Source of the DNA: Candidatus Hecatella orcuttiae
Lineage (GTDB): Archaea; Thermoproteota; Bathyarchaeia; Hecatellales; Hecatellaceae
Direction of reading: 5' to 3'
Length of the DNA stretch: 64,000 nt
NCBI GenBank assembly: GCA_002011035.2
Contig: MTLY02000003.1
Location: 667,053 to 731,052, forward strand
The notes below the pieces were generated by a model. That model searched no databases. It saw only the letters and a list, made by a program, of their open reading frames with translations, and was not told the origin of the DNA. Positions 1-8,920 of the stretch are shown piece after piece. Numbering within the stretch: position 1 is the stretch's first letter; each line of letters starts with the position of its first letter. The position numbers and the translations under genes were made by a program.

Positions 1-104
1 CCCCCTCTCAGTTTGAAACATGTTTCCTCTCCACCGCGCACAGCGAGGAGGATGTGGCTGAAACCTTGGAGGCGGCAGACGCGGCTTTTCAATCACTCCG
101 GTAG
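1..104 (+). CDS. hemL: Glutamate-1-semialdehyde 2,1-aminomutase, C-terminal fragment (gene runs off the window)
   Basis: Frame from position 3 reads PSQFETCFLSTAHSEEDVAETLEAADAAF..*, the typical GSAM C-terminus, directly upstream of hemC. Confidence 0.85.
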   Translation, partial: PSQFETCFLSTAHSEEDVAETLEAADAAFQSLR

Positions 105-113
105 CGGGTTGCC

Positions 114-1046
114 ATGAAACTGATCGTGGGAACTAGGGGAAGCAAGCTGTCCCTCATCCAAACAGACTCTGTAGTGCAGAAGCTCACCGAGGCTCTCCCA
201 GACTTGAAGGTTGAAACCAAGGTCATCAAGACGACTGGGGACAAGTTTTCCCGCAGGCCTCTGCTAGCCATCAAGGAGAAGGGAATCTTCGAAAAAGAAA
301 TCGACATGGCCGTCCTCCGGGGTGAAGCTGACTTCGCCGTCCACAGCCTAAAGGACGTCCCCACCGAGCTGCCTCAAGGGCTGACCCTCGCCGCTGTTCC
401 GGAGAGAGAGTCCCCCTACGATGTTCTTGTTTCCCGGGGAAACCTAGGCTTGGAAAACCTACCCCCAGGCGCCGTGGTGGGCACGGGAAGCCCTAGGAGG
501 TCAGCTCAACTCCACGCCCTCAGACCAGACCTCCAGGTGAAGCCTATCCGAGGCAATGTAGACACAAGGGTTAGAAAGGTGAAACAGGGACTCTTCGATG
601 CGGTCATACTGGCGGAAGCCGGGTTGAGGAGGTTGAGCATGGGCTCTCTCGCAACCAAACGTCTGCCCCCGGACCGTTTCACCCCAGCGCCAGGGCAGGG
701 CGCCTTGGCAGTGGTTTCAAGAGAAGACGACGGGGAGGTCTTAAAAATTCTAAGCCGCGTGGACCATTCTCCCTCTAGGGCGGAGGTCCTAGCTGAAAGA
801 GTCTTTGTCAGGGAAATGGGCGGGGGATGTAAGGTTCCCCTCGGAGCCCTCGCTTGTGTGCAGGGACGTCGACTGCTCCTCCATGCGGCTGTATTTTCGC
901 CTGATGGAAAGATATGCCTTCAGACTTGGGAGGTGGGAAGCGTGAAGTCGCCTGAAGAAGCCGGGGTGAAACTGGCTCGAAGGATGAGGAGGCAGGGAGC
1001 CGGGGAACTCATCCAACATTGGAGGGCCCTCTATGAAAAAAGGTAA
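114..1046 (+). CDS. hemC: Hydroxymethylbilane synthase (porphobilinogen deaminase)
   Basis: GTRGSKL, KGIFEKEI, AVHSLKDVP, IRGNVDTR, PAPGQGAL and GGGC (dipyrromethane Cys) motifs. Confidence 0.97.
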   Translation: MKLIVGTRGSKLSLIQTDSVVQKLTEALPDLKVETKVIKTTGDKFSRRPLLAIKEKGIFEKEIDMAVLRGEADFAVHSLKDVPTELPQGLTLAAVPERESPYDVLVSRGNLGLENLPPGAVVGTGSPRRSAQLHALRPDLQVKPIRGNVDTRVRKVKQGLFDAVILAEAGLRRLSMGSLATKRLPPDRFTPAPGQGALAVVSREDDGEVLKILSRVDHSPSRAEVLAERVFVREMGGGCKVPLGALACVQGRRLLLHAAVFSPDGKICLQTWEVGSVKSPEEAGVKLARRMRRQGAGELIQHWRALYEKR

Positions 1047-1782
1047 GGTCTTCCTCGTGGGAGCTGGACCCGGGGACCCGGAGCTCCTGACGCTTAAAGC
1101 TTTGAAGATCCTGAAAAAGGCAGACGTCGTCGTCTACGACCGGCTGATCGCCAGAGCGTCCCTTAAATTAGCCCCTAGAAAGGCTAAGAAGATCTACGTT
1201 GGCAAGGCTCACGGAAGCCACACCATACCCCAGGAAGCCATCCACAAAATCCTAGTGGAGGAAGCCTCTGAGGGGAAAACCGTGGTCAGGCTGAAGGGGG
1301 GAGACCCCTTCCTCTTCGGCCGTGGAGGGGAGGAGGCTCAGGAGCTCCGCAGAGCCAAGATTCCCTTCGAAGTTGTGCCGGGGGTAACCTCAGCCCTAGC
1401 CGTGCCGGCCTACGCTGGAATTCCCCTCACCCACCGAAACTACGCCTCCTCCGTGGCCATTGTCACCGGCCATGAGGACCCTAGGAAACGGGAAAGCTGG
1501 GTGAAATGGGATAAAATAGCCGCCTCCGTTGACACCATCGTGGTGCTCATGGGAGCCAAGAGGCTGGGTGAAATTGTCAAAAGCCTCCTAGAGGGAGGGC
1601 GAAGCCCGCAGACCCCTGTGGTCCTCATCGAGGAAGGCACCACAAAACGGCAGAGAAAAACCCTGGGGACACTGGGAGACATCGTGAAGAAGGCCTCCCG
1701 GAGAAAGGTTAAGCCCCCCGCCGTCATCGTCGTCGGGGACATAGTTCACCTGCACAAGGAGCTTTCTTGGTTTAAGCCGTGA
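1033..1782 (+). CDS. cobA: Uroporphyrinogen-III C-methyltransferase
   Basis: LVGAGPGDPELLT, RLKGGDPFLFGRGGEE, VVPGVTS, AGIPLTHR motifs. Confidence 0.96.
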   Translation: MKKGKVFLVGAGPGDPELLTLKALKILKKADVVVYDRLIARASLKLAPRKAKKIYVGKAHGSHTIPQEAIHKILVEEASEGKTVVRLKGGDPFLFGRGGEEAQELRRAKIPFEVVPGVTSALAVPAYAGIPLTHRNYASSVAIVTGHEDPRKRESWVKWDKIAASVDTIVVLMGAKRLGEIVKSLLEGGRSPQTPVVLIEEGTTKRQRKTLGTLGDIVKKASRRKVKPPAVIVVGDIVHLHKELSWFKP

Positions 1783-1788
1783 ACTCCC

Positions 1789-2697
1789 ATGGCCCTTAGA
1801 GGTAAAACCATCGCCGTCACCAGGCCTGAGGAGCAGGCTCGCGGGATTTCCAAGCTAATCCGGAAGGAAGGGGGCTGCGTCTACCTAGCTCCCACGGTGG
1901 AGATAAAGCCGCCTAAGAGCCTAAGGCGGGCGGAGGCTCTCATCAAGGCTCTTGTCCAACGCAAGATCGACTACCTCATATTCATGAGCGTCAACGGCGT
2001 CCGAGGCCTCTTCGGCATCTCCAAAATTCTGGGGCTGGAAAGGGAGTTGCGGAAGGCTCTAGGCCGAACTCAGATTGCGGCCATAGGTCCTAAGACCCGG
2101 AGCGAGCTGGAAAAGAGAGGCGTCCGGGTGAAGCTTGTTCCCGCCCCCTATAGCTCTGAAGGGCTCATCCAAGCCTTCAGAAACCTGAGCCTAAAAGGCA
2201 AGACTGTGGCGATAGCTCGAACGGAGGACGCCGACTCCTACCTGCGGGAGGGGATGAAAGGCTTGGGAGCCAAGGTGGTGGAGGTTCCCGTCTACCGGTC
2301 GACGCTTCCCTCAGACAGGTCGAGGATGCTTCAGCTCGCCCGAGACCTCTCTGCGGCTAGGGTTGACGCTGTGACTTTCACCAGCTCCTCCACTGTCGAA
2401 AACCTCTTCAAGGTGGCTGCGAAAGCAGGTTTAGCTGGGAAGCTTAAAAAAGCCCTAGAGAGCTCGGTGACAGTCCTGGCCATTGGGTCGAAAACGCGGG
2501 AAACACTGCGGAAGCTTGGAGTTGCCTCGTCTCTGATGCCTGAGAAGTTCACCGCGGAAGCCATGTTGAAAGCTTACATCGACTTCTTGAAAGGGAGCTC
2601 ACTTCCGCTCTTCCCTGCTTCAGGGAGGAGGCAGGTTTCCCCTTCCAGCAACCGTTTTAAAGGCTCTGTTCCTCCCCACCGTGAAAGGGAGGGGTAG
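1789..2697 (+). CDS. hemD: Uroporphyrinogen-III synthase
   Basis: AVTRPEEQ, FMSVNGV, AIGPKT, FTSSSTV motifs; hem operon context. Confidence 0.93.
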   Translation: MALRGKTIAVTRPEEQARGISKLIRKEGGCVYLAPTVEIKPPKSLRRAEALIKALVQRKIDYLIFMSVNGVRGLFGISKILGLERELRKALGRTQIAAIGPKTRSELEKRGVRVKLVPAPYSSEGLIQAFRNLSLKGKTVAIARTEDADSYLREGMKGLGAKVVEVPVYRSTLPSDRSRMLQLARDLSAARVDAVTFTSSSTVENLFKVAAKAGLAGKLKKALESSVTVLAIGSKTRETLRKLGVASSLMPEKFTAEAMLKAYIDFLKGSSLPLFPASGRRQVSPSSNRFKGSVPPHREREG

Positions 2698-2699
2698 CC

Positions 2700-3791
2700 T
2701 TGGCTGAGGTCTACTTTTTCGACTACGGGAAAGGAACCAGCATACTACCCGGCCTTGAAAAGCTTTTCTACTCCTCGGGAATGGCGGAGGTGGCCGCCCC
2801 CGGAGCTAGGGTTGCCGTAAAGGTTCACATGGGAGAGCGGGGAAACCTCACCTACCTCAGGCCCCCCATCGTCCGAAAGGTTGTGGAGCTGGTGAAGGCT
2901 GTGGGAGGCGTGCCCTTCGTCGCTGATACCACGGTGCTCTACCCCCAGAAGCGCTTCACAGCCCGAGACTGCTTGGAGACCGCTGCCTACAACGGCTTCA
3001 CCCCTGAAACCGTTGGCGCCCCTATTGTCATAGCCGACGGGGAAGACGGCTACCAAGGGGTCTCCGTTGAAGTTGAAAGAACAGTGGACGGATGCAGGCT
3101 GAGGGAGGTAAAGGTTGCCTCCGCCTTCCTCGAAGCCGACGCCATGATAGTCTTATCCCATGCTAAAGGCCACCTTCTCTCCGGCTTCGGAGGAGCCTTG
3201 AAAAACCTAGCCATGGGATGCACCACGAAGCATGGGAAAGCCGCCCAGCATGCCTCCCACGGCCTAGGGTTCGACGGGTCCAAATGCGACGGTTGCGGGA
3301 AATGTGTTGAAGCCTGCGTTTATGCAGCCCTCAGGCTGGAGGGAGGCAAGGCTGTTCGAGACCTTGAAAAATGTATGCACTGCTGCAACTGCCTCTTTGT
3401 GTGTGAGAAGAACGCCTTCTACTGGCCTGAAGGTTGCAGGGATGTCTTCCAAGTGTACATAGCCCACGCTGCCTACGCGGTTGCGAAAGTCTTCAAGAAA
3501 GGCCGAATGGGCTTCCTCAACTTCGTGCAGGACGTTACTTCCCGCTGCGACTGCTGCACCACCGCGGAGAAGGCTGTCACCCAGGACGTAGGCATCCTTG
3601 CCTCCTCCGACCCTGTGGCCGTCGACAAAGCCTCCGTCGACCTGATAGACCAAGCGCCTAAGCTGGCTCAGCTTCCCCACGACCCGCCGGACATCCTAGG
3701 AAAGATAAACGGAACCAACTCCCTCATCCAGCTGCGCACAGCTCAGAAACTGGGACTGGGAAGCCTAAAATACGAGTTGACGACGATTTAA
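2700..3791 (+). CDS. DUF362 family Fe-S protein with 2x[4Fe-4S] ferredoxin insert
   Basis: VAVKVHMGERGN, SHAKGH..GFGGALKNLAMGC, CDGCGKCVEAC and CMHCCNCLFVC, DVGILASSDPVAVD. Confidence 0.88.
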   Translation: MAEVYFFDYGKGTSILPGLEKLFYSSGMAEVAAPGARVAVKVHMGERGNLTYLRPPIVRKVVELVKAVGGVPFVADTTVLYPQKRFTARDCLETAAYNGFTPETVGAPIVIADGEDGYQGVSVEVERTVDGCRLREVKVASAFLEADAMIVLSHAKGHLLSGFGGALKNLAMGCTTKHGKAAQHASHGLGFDGSKCDGCGKCVEACVYAALRLEGGKAVRDLEKCMHCCNCLFVCEKNAFYWPEGCRDVFQVYIAHAAYAVAKVFKKGRMGFLNFVQDVTSRCDCCTTAEKAVTQDVGILASSDPVAVDKASVDLIDQAPKLAQLPHDPPDILGKINGTNSLIQLRTAQKLGLGSLKYELTTI

Positions 3792-3818
3792 ACAATCAAA
3801 CCATACGCTGGGTGAGGG

Positions 3819-4238
3819 ATGATGAAGGTGAACAAGGCGGTTATGGATTTTTTCAACTTCCCCTGCGCCAAGGGCCGGCCTCCGGTTTGGGTGGCAACCG
3901 TCTGCAAGGGGGCTCCGCACGTGGTCCCCGTGTGCTTTGTGAAGCCGCTAGGGGATGACAGGCTGCTGATAGCAAATGTCTTCATATCCAAAACCGTGAA
4001 AAACTTAAAGGAGAACCCTCATGTGGCTGTGGGCGCGTCCAAGAAGGACGAAGGCTTCGACGGCTACCTCCTAAAGGGCGCCGCGGAAATAATTGAAGAA
4101 GGCCCTGTGTTCGAAGAGTTCCGCAGAAACGTGGAGGAACTGAGCGGAGGAAAGAGAAAACCCCGCTCAGCCATACTGGTCCGCATAGAAGAGGTTTACT
4201 CCCTCCAACCTAGGCTGGGGAAAAAGAAACTTCACTGA
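3819..4238 (+). CDS. Pyridoxamine 5'-phosphate oxidase-family FMN-binding protein
   Basis: VATV..G.PHVVP, KTVKNLKENPHVA, GYLLKG pattern of split-barrel FMN proteins. Confidence 0.8.
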   Translation: MMKVNKAVMDFFNFPCAKGRPPVWVATVCKGAPHVVPVCFVKPLGDDRLLIANVFISKTVKNLKENPHVAVGASKKDEGFDGYLLKGAAEIIEEGPVFEEFRRNVEELSGGKRKPRSAILVRIEEVYSLQPRLGKKKLH

Positions 4239-4275
4239 AGGCTCCCTTCGTTTCAAAAGCCACGGAAGAGGAGTT

Positions 4276-5397
4276 TTAGCTCTTCAAAAATTCCACGACG
4301 TTCTCCTTTATTTCCCTAGAACTTAGGGGAACGTTTGGCAGCTCCACGTTGCCCGGCTTGGCCACGGCGTGGATGAAGTTAGGCCCCTCGCCCAACTCCT
4401 CTAAGACCCGGTGAAGCTGGTCTTTGGTGGCTACCTTATAGGTGTTTTTTATGCCGAACCCCCGGGCGACCAGCTCCAAGTCCGCGTAGCCGTTGGCCGC
4501 CGTGGGCTGGTTGCCTGTGGAGCCGTAGACTCCATTGTCGAAAACCAGTAGGGTGAGGTTTCGGGGGGCGGTCAGCGCGGTGGTGGCTAGGGTGCTGGGG
4601 TTCATCAGTATGCTGCCGTCTCCCTCCACCACGACGACTTCCTTCTGGGTGTTGAGGGCTATGCCTAACCCTACAGCCGAAGCCATCCCCATGCTGCCCA
4701 GCATGTAGAAGTTGGATTTCTGATGCTTCAGATGGTAGAGTTCCTTGCAAGGATAGCCCAAATTGCACACGACGGCTTTTCCCTCCAGATAGGGGACAGC
4801 TGCCTCCATGAGCTGAAACCTGGTGAAATGCGGGCGGATTCTCAGGACTTTGTGCTGTTGCTCTTCCAGTTCTTTTCTTTCCACGACGATGTTTTCCATT
4901 CCGCGCATGTTTTCACCCCAGAGTTTCGGGTTCAGCAAAAAGGCGTGGACGGTGTTTTCCTCGAAAACCTTTCCCAGAATGTCCTCCACCGCGGACAGCT
5001 CCCTAGGGTCCGCCAGCTCGGTGCGGCCTATCTCCAAGGCGTCCAGAAGTTTAGGGAGGTATTTTCCCATGGGAATCTGAGCCGCTATCCTTTCGTCGTA
5101 GACCCCCCTCCAGCTGACGAGGATGGGTAAGGGAAGCTGGTAAAACTTTGTCAGAGAACACAGAGCGTTGATGGTGTTTCCCACCCCGGAGCTTTGAATC
5201 AGCATCCCCGCCCTAGCGCCGGCTAGGGAGGCCCCTGCGCAGATGCCGACCCCCTCCTCCTCCCTGCTCAGGGGAACATGCCTGAAATGGCGGGGTATCT
5301 CGGCCAGAAGCCTCTGCACCCTTTCGCAGGGGAGGGAAACCATGAGGTTGACTCCTTTCCTCTTGAAAGAATCGACGATGACGCGTTCAGGCTTCAT
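4276..5397 (-). CDS. comDE: Sulfopyruvate decarboxylase, fused alpha/beta (ComDE)
   Basis: SLPC, REEEGVGICAG, QSSGVGN, SWRG..E.I.AQ.PMG (ComD) fused to NFYMLGSMG and GDGS..N TPP motif (ComE); adjacent to cysteate synthase. Confidence 0.9.
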   Translation of the reverse strand: MKPERVIVDSFKRKGVNLMVSLPCERVQRLLAEIPRHFRHVPLSREEEGVGICAGASLAGARAGMLIQSSGVGNTINALCSLTKFYQLPLPILVSWRGVYDERIAAQIPMGKYLPKLLDALEIGRTELADPRELSAVEDILGKVFEENTVHAFLLNPKLWGENMRGMENIVVERKELEEQQHKVLRIRPHFTRFQLMEAAVPYLEGKAVVCNLGYPCKELYHLKHQKSNFYMLGSMGMASAVGLGIALNTQKEVVVVEGDGSILMNPSTLATTALTAPRNLTLLVFDNGVYGSTGNQPTAANGYADLELVARGFGIKNTYKVATKDQLHRVLEELGEGPNFIHAVAKPGNVELPNVPLSSREIKENVVEFLKS

Positions 5398-6629
5398 GAT
5401 AGAACCTCCCTGAGTTCTTTTTCCGAGATGTCCTTGGAAACTTTTATTCCGTCCACGGGGTATATGTCCACGTCTTCTTTAACCCTTTTCTCCCCGCCTC
5501 CTGAAACATTCAGTAAAACGGTGTCCTCCGCATCCACCTTCCCCACCTCAACCGCCTTGAACAAAGACGCCACGGCGACGGCGGCTGCTGGGACAATGTC
5601 CACGCCTTCCACTTCCTCGAAGAGTTCCCCTGCCTTCCGAGCTTCAGCGTTGGTCACCGCGTACATTTCCCCCCCGGTAGCCGTCAAGGCATCGTAGAGG
5701 CCCCCCTTCACACCGTAGAGGGGAGAGCGTTTAGAGAGCACTTTAGCGTAGATCAGGTTCACCGCCTCCCCGGGAGGAAAGTCCTGGGGCAGAATTTCCC
5801 TCCGCCCAGCCTTCCAAGCCTCCACCATGGGGGCGAAGGGGCTGTTCTGAGACAGGTGCAGCCGCGGCAGCTCCCCGCCGAACCTTCCATCCTCCAGCAG
5901 CCTCAACGCTGCCTCCCAGGCGCCGATTCCCCCTGTGCCGCTGCTCACGGCTTGAAAATAATGCTCCGGCAGCCTACCTATCTCCCCCACAGCGTCCAGC
6001 AGCACCGTTCCCAGAGCGTCCCTCCGAGCGACGTTTCTGCCTCCCCCCTCGCAGGTGAAGCCTTCCATGGACCAAAGCTTCTTAGCCAAGGCATCCGCGT
6101 CGGAGTAGTCCCCCTCCACCACCAAGGTCTTAACCACAGGGGAAACCACCGGGCTCCAAACGTCGCCGACGCAGCTCCGCGGCACCACAGCGACCAAGGG
6201 GAAACCAGTCTGAGAGCCTATGTGCACGAACGCGCGGGCGGAATTGCCCGCGGAGGATACGACGATGTTTTTCACACCGCCCTCCAAGGCCCGCTGGATC
6301 ACCACAGGAGCCTCCAACTCCTTGAAGGTGCACGTCTTAATCTCCGCTCCCAGCTCAGGGCAGTACCCGCTGAAGGAAACATACAGGTTCCGGAGGCCGA
6401 GCTCCCGGGCTAGGCCCCGGCTTTTGTAGGTCACCGGCTTCCCATGGTAGTCTGTGGTTTTCTCCACAGGAAGCCATCCGTAGAAACGCCACAAGCCTGG
6501 AAGGCTGCGGAGAATCAGCCTTTTTTCCGGATAGTTACTTCTTAGGATTCCATCATGCTTAGGGCATGTGAGGGTGAAGCCGCTGCTGTATTCTGCACCG
6601 CATTCCGGACACCTCAGAGTATACTTCAT
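5394..6629 (-). CDS. Cysteate synthase (threonine-synthase-like PLP enzyme)
   Basis: YTLRCPEC N-terminus, TCTFKELEA (PLP Lys), SAGNSARAF, EGGGRNVARRDALGTV, HYFQAVSSGTGGI; overlaps comDE as in Methanosarcinales. Confidence 0.9.
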   Translation of the reverse strand: MKYTLRCPECGAEYSSGFTLTCPKHDGILRSNYPEKRLILRSLPGLWRFYGWLPVEKTTDYHGKPVTYKSRGLARELGLRNLYVSFSGYCPELGAEIKTCTFKELEAPVVIQRALEGGVKNIVVSSAGNSARAFVHIGSQTGFPLVAVVPRSCVGDVWSPVVSPVVKTLVVEGDYSDADALAKKLWSMEGFTCEGGGRNVARRDALGTVLLDAVGEIGRLPEHYFQAVSSGTGGIGAWEAALRLLEDGRFGGELPRLHLSQNSPFAPMVEAWKAGRREILPQDFPPGEAVNLIYAKVLSKRSPLYGVKGGLYDALTATGGEMYAVTNAEARKAGELFEEVEGVDIVPAAAVAVASLFKAVEVGKVDAEDTVLLNVSGGGEKRVKEDVDIYPVDGIKVSKDISEKELREVLS

Positions 6630-6721
6630 GGCTAGGCTGCCGGCTCCTCTCAAGCGGAATTGTTTCCCAAGATTTAAATCATCAGGAGAATTTAAGTCCT
6701 ATTCAAGCGGAGGGCGGTGTT

Positions 6722-7654
6722 TTGAGAAGAGGACAACTGAGGATCGGCCACCTTTCCACCTTCTACCACACCTCGTTCATTCTCATGGGCACAGGGTGGA
6801 TTGAAGCAGAGATGAACGTGGACGTGGACTGGGAGCTGTTCGCCGCCGGCCCCGAGATAGTTCAAGCCTTCGCCGACGGCCGCGTAGACATCGGATACAT
6901 AGGACTGCCCCCCGCCGTCATCGGAATCGACCGAGGCATCCCCATCAAATGCATTGCCGGAGGCCATGTGGAAGGCACAGTCTTGGTGGCTGATAAAAAA
7001 TTCAAGTCCTTGGAGGAGCTGGGAAGCGTGAAGGCTGTCCTTCAACAGTTCGGAGGCGGGACCATCGCCTCCCCCCAGCGAGGGTCAATCCACGACGTGA
7101 TCATCCGCCACCTCATCAGGGAAGAGGGCCTCGAGGAAGCAGGCATAGCTGTGAAGAATTTCGAATGGGCTGACCTCATCCCCGACGCCCTCTTGGACGG
7201 AGAAGTGCAGGCAGCTGTGGGAACCCCTGCCTTAGCGGTGGCGGTTTTCCGGGTCTGCGACGGTAAGATGGTCATCCCCCCAAGCAGGATGTGGCCCTAC
7301 AACCCCAGCTACGGAATCCTCGCCAGCAAGGAGATGGTGGAAAACACCCCCAGCCTGCTGGAGGATTTCCTAAGGCTTCACGAAAAAGCCTCAAACCTGA
7401 TAAGAGAGGAGCCGGAAAAAGCAGCCCGCATAGTTTCCCGCGTGGTAGGGCTGGTGGACGAGGACTTTGTGCTCCAAGTCTACAGGGTCTCCCCGAGATA
7501 TTGCGCCAGTCTCCCCAGAGAATACATCGACTCCACCCTAGCTTTTCTCCCCGTGCTGAAAAAGCTGGGCTATATCTCCCGGATGCTGAGGGAGGAGGAC
7601 ATATTCAACCTAAGCTTCATCAGAAAGATTCACCCCCAAACCCCCCACTACTAG
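6722..7654 (+). CDS. SsuA/NMT1(THI5)-like substrate-binding-fold protein, no signal peptide
   Basis: LRIGHLSTFYH, F..GPEIVQAF..G.VDIGYIGLPP, GSIHDVI pattern; no hydrophobic leader. Confidence 0.75.
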   Translation: MRRGQLRIGHLSTFYHTSFILMGTGWIEAEMNVDVDWELFAAGPEIVQAFADGRVDIGYIGLPPAVIGIDRGIPIKCIAGGHVEGTVLVADKKFKSLEELGSVKAVLQQFGGGTIASPQRGSIHDVIIRHLIREEGLEEAGIAVKNFEWADLIPDALLDGEVQAAVGTPALAVAVFRVCDGKMVIPPSRMWPYNPSYGILASKEMVENTPSLLEDFLRLHEKASNLIREEPEKAARIVSRVVGLVDEDFVLQVYRVSPRYCASLPREYIDSTLAFLPVLKKLGYISRMLREEDIFNLSFIRKIHPQTPHY

Positions 7655-7684
7655 CGGCATCCAACCCGCAGAGGGGTTCTTTTA

Positions 7685-7816
7685 AAGTCTTTAAGGACAA
7701 CTATTCCTATGGGAATCATTAAGCAATTTAACCTTTCAGAAGGAGATAAACTTAATTGGGAAATTAGAGCTGAGGATGGGGAGCTTATAATAGTTGTAAA
7801 GCCATTAAGACGGTGA
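7685..7816 (+). pseudogene. 5'-truncated AbrB/MazE/SpoVT-type DNA-binding gene
   Basis: Frame reads KSLRTTIPMGIIKQFNLSEGDKLNWEIRAEDGELIIVVKPLRR*; no start codon between it and the in-frame upstream stop at 7652-7654. Confidence 0.6.
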
Positions 7817-7921
7817 AAAAGATGGATGAGTTCGTATATACTGCCAAAATTAAAGAATAGCATGAACTTCGTATAATAAAAAAATTTAGGGTAGTTTAAA
7901 ACTAAAAAGGAGGTGATCGAG

Positions 7922-8137
7922 ATGCCGTTGATTCAAATGTATTTTGGAAAGGGCGCTCTCACAGATGAGCAGAAGGCCGACTTGTCCAGAAAAATCACCG
8001 ACTTGATCGTCAAGGAGGCAAAACAACCACAACATTACACGTGGGTCATAATCCATGAGGTCCCCGTGGAGAACTGGATGGTCGATCGTCTCACCTTACC
8101 AGAGCTTAAGGCCAAGCTCATGGCCGAAAAGGAGTAA
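7922..8137 (+). CDS. 4-oxalocrotonate tautomerase family protein
   Basis: Pro-1 after Met (MPLIQM), LTDEQKADL..IT, VIIHEVP.ENW; RBS AGGAGGTGA upstream. Confidence 0.85.
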   Translation: MPLIQMYFGKGALTDEQKADLSRKITDLIVKEAKQPQHYTWVIIHEVPVENWMVDRLTLPELKAKLMAEKE

Positions 8138-8175
8138 CGAGTGCCCAAAAAGTAAGGTAATAGAAGGTGAGAAAA

Positions 8176-8691
8176 ATGTCTGAAGAAAAACAACCTGATG
8201 TGAAGGAATTGCAAGAAAAAGTGATGCGATATTTCTGCGATAGACCCAGCAACTTCCCTACCGGGCGACCGTATAACTGCTGTGAAAGTGTTCTCTTAAC
8301 TCTGCAAGAATATCTCGGTACAGATTCTGAGCTGATTCCGAAGATCGGTACGGCGATAGGTGCAGGGGTTAGCTTGAACGGGCTTCTTTGCGGTTCTATC
8401 TCAGGTGTGGCAATAGCTATTGGCATCAAATACGGGAGAAGTACTCCAGAGGAGAACCCGGAACCGGTATGGGCAATGATGAATGAATATGTGGCTGCCT
8501 TCAAAAAGAAGTTTGGCTATGTAAATTGCAGACAACTCACCGGTCTAAACTTAAAGACACCAGAGGGATTGAAAGAATACTTTACAAGGGTTCATGACTA
8601 CGAATGCACTGAGAGATTAAAATTTGCAGTTGAGAAGGCTGTAGAGATCCTTAAAGGCAAGAGTAAAACATCGTCAGGGAACGTCGCCTAA
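8176..8691 (+). CDS. C_GCAxxG_C_C family putative redox-active protein
   Basis: YNCCESV, LCGSISG, FKKKFGYVNCRQLTG and a terminal Cys. Confidence 0.8.
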   Translation: MSEEKQPDVKELQEKVMRYFCDRPSNFPTGRPYNCCESVLLTLQEYLGTDSELIPKIGTAIGAGVSLNGLLCGSISGVAIAIGIKYGRSTPEENPEPVWAMMNEYVAAFKKKFGYVNCRQLTGLNLKTPEGLKEYFTRVHDYECTERLKFAVEKAVEILKGKSKTSSGNVA

Positions 8692-8773
8692 CAGAGCGTA
8701 TCCGACTTCGGTGCTTCGCGCTTTCACCTAAATCCAGCAAAGCTGGACTTCAGATACGCTCGGAACGTTAAGT
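8686..8773 (+). mobile_element. Integron attC-like recombination site (solitary)
   Basis: R'' GCCTAAC (RYYYAAC, containing the upstream gene's stop) and R' GTTAAGT (GTTRRRY); perfect 9-bp arms GAGCGTATC/GATACGCTC; inner hairpin TCCAGC-AAA-GCTGGA. Confidence 0.65.
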
Positions 8774-8920
8774 GAGACATTTTGTTCTATTTCAAGATCG
8801 ATTTAGAGTTACCACTACGTCTGCAACACTACAAATGCAACACCCTAAGATTCAACAGAACCCGCGGAGGGAAAAGTTAATTATTTCTCCCCTGATAGTA
8901 ACCATGGGCCTGCCAGAACT

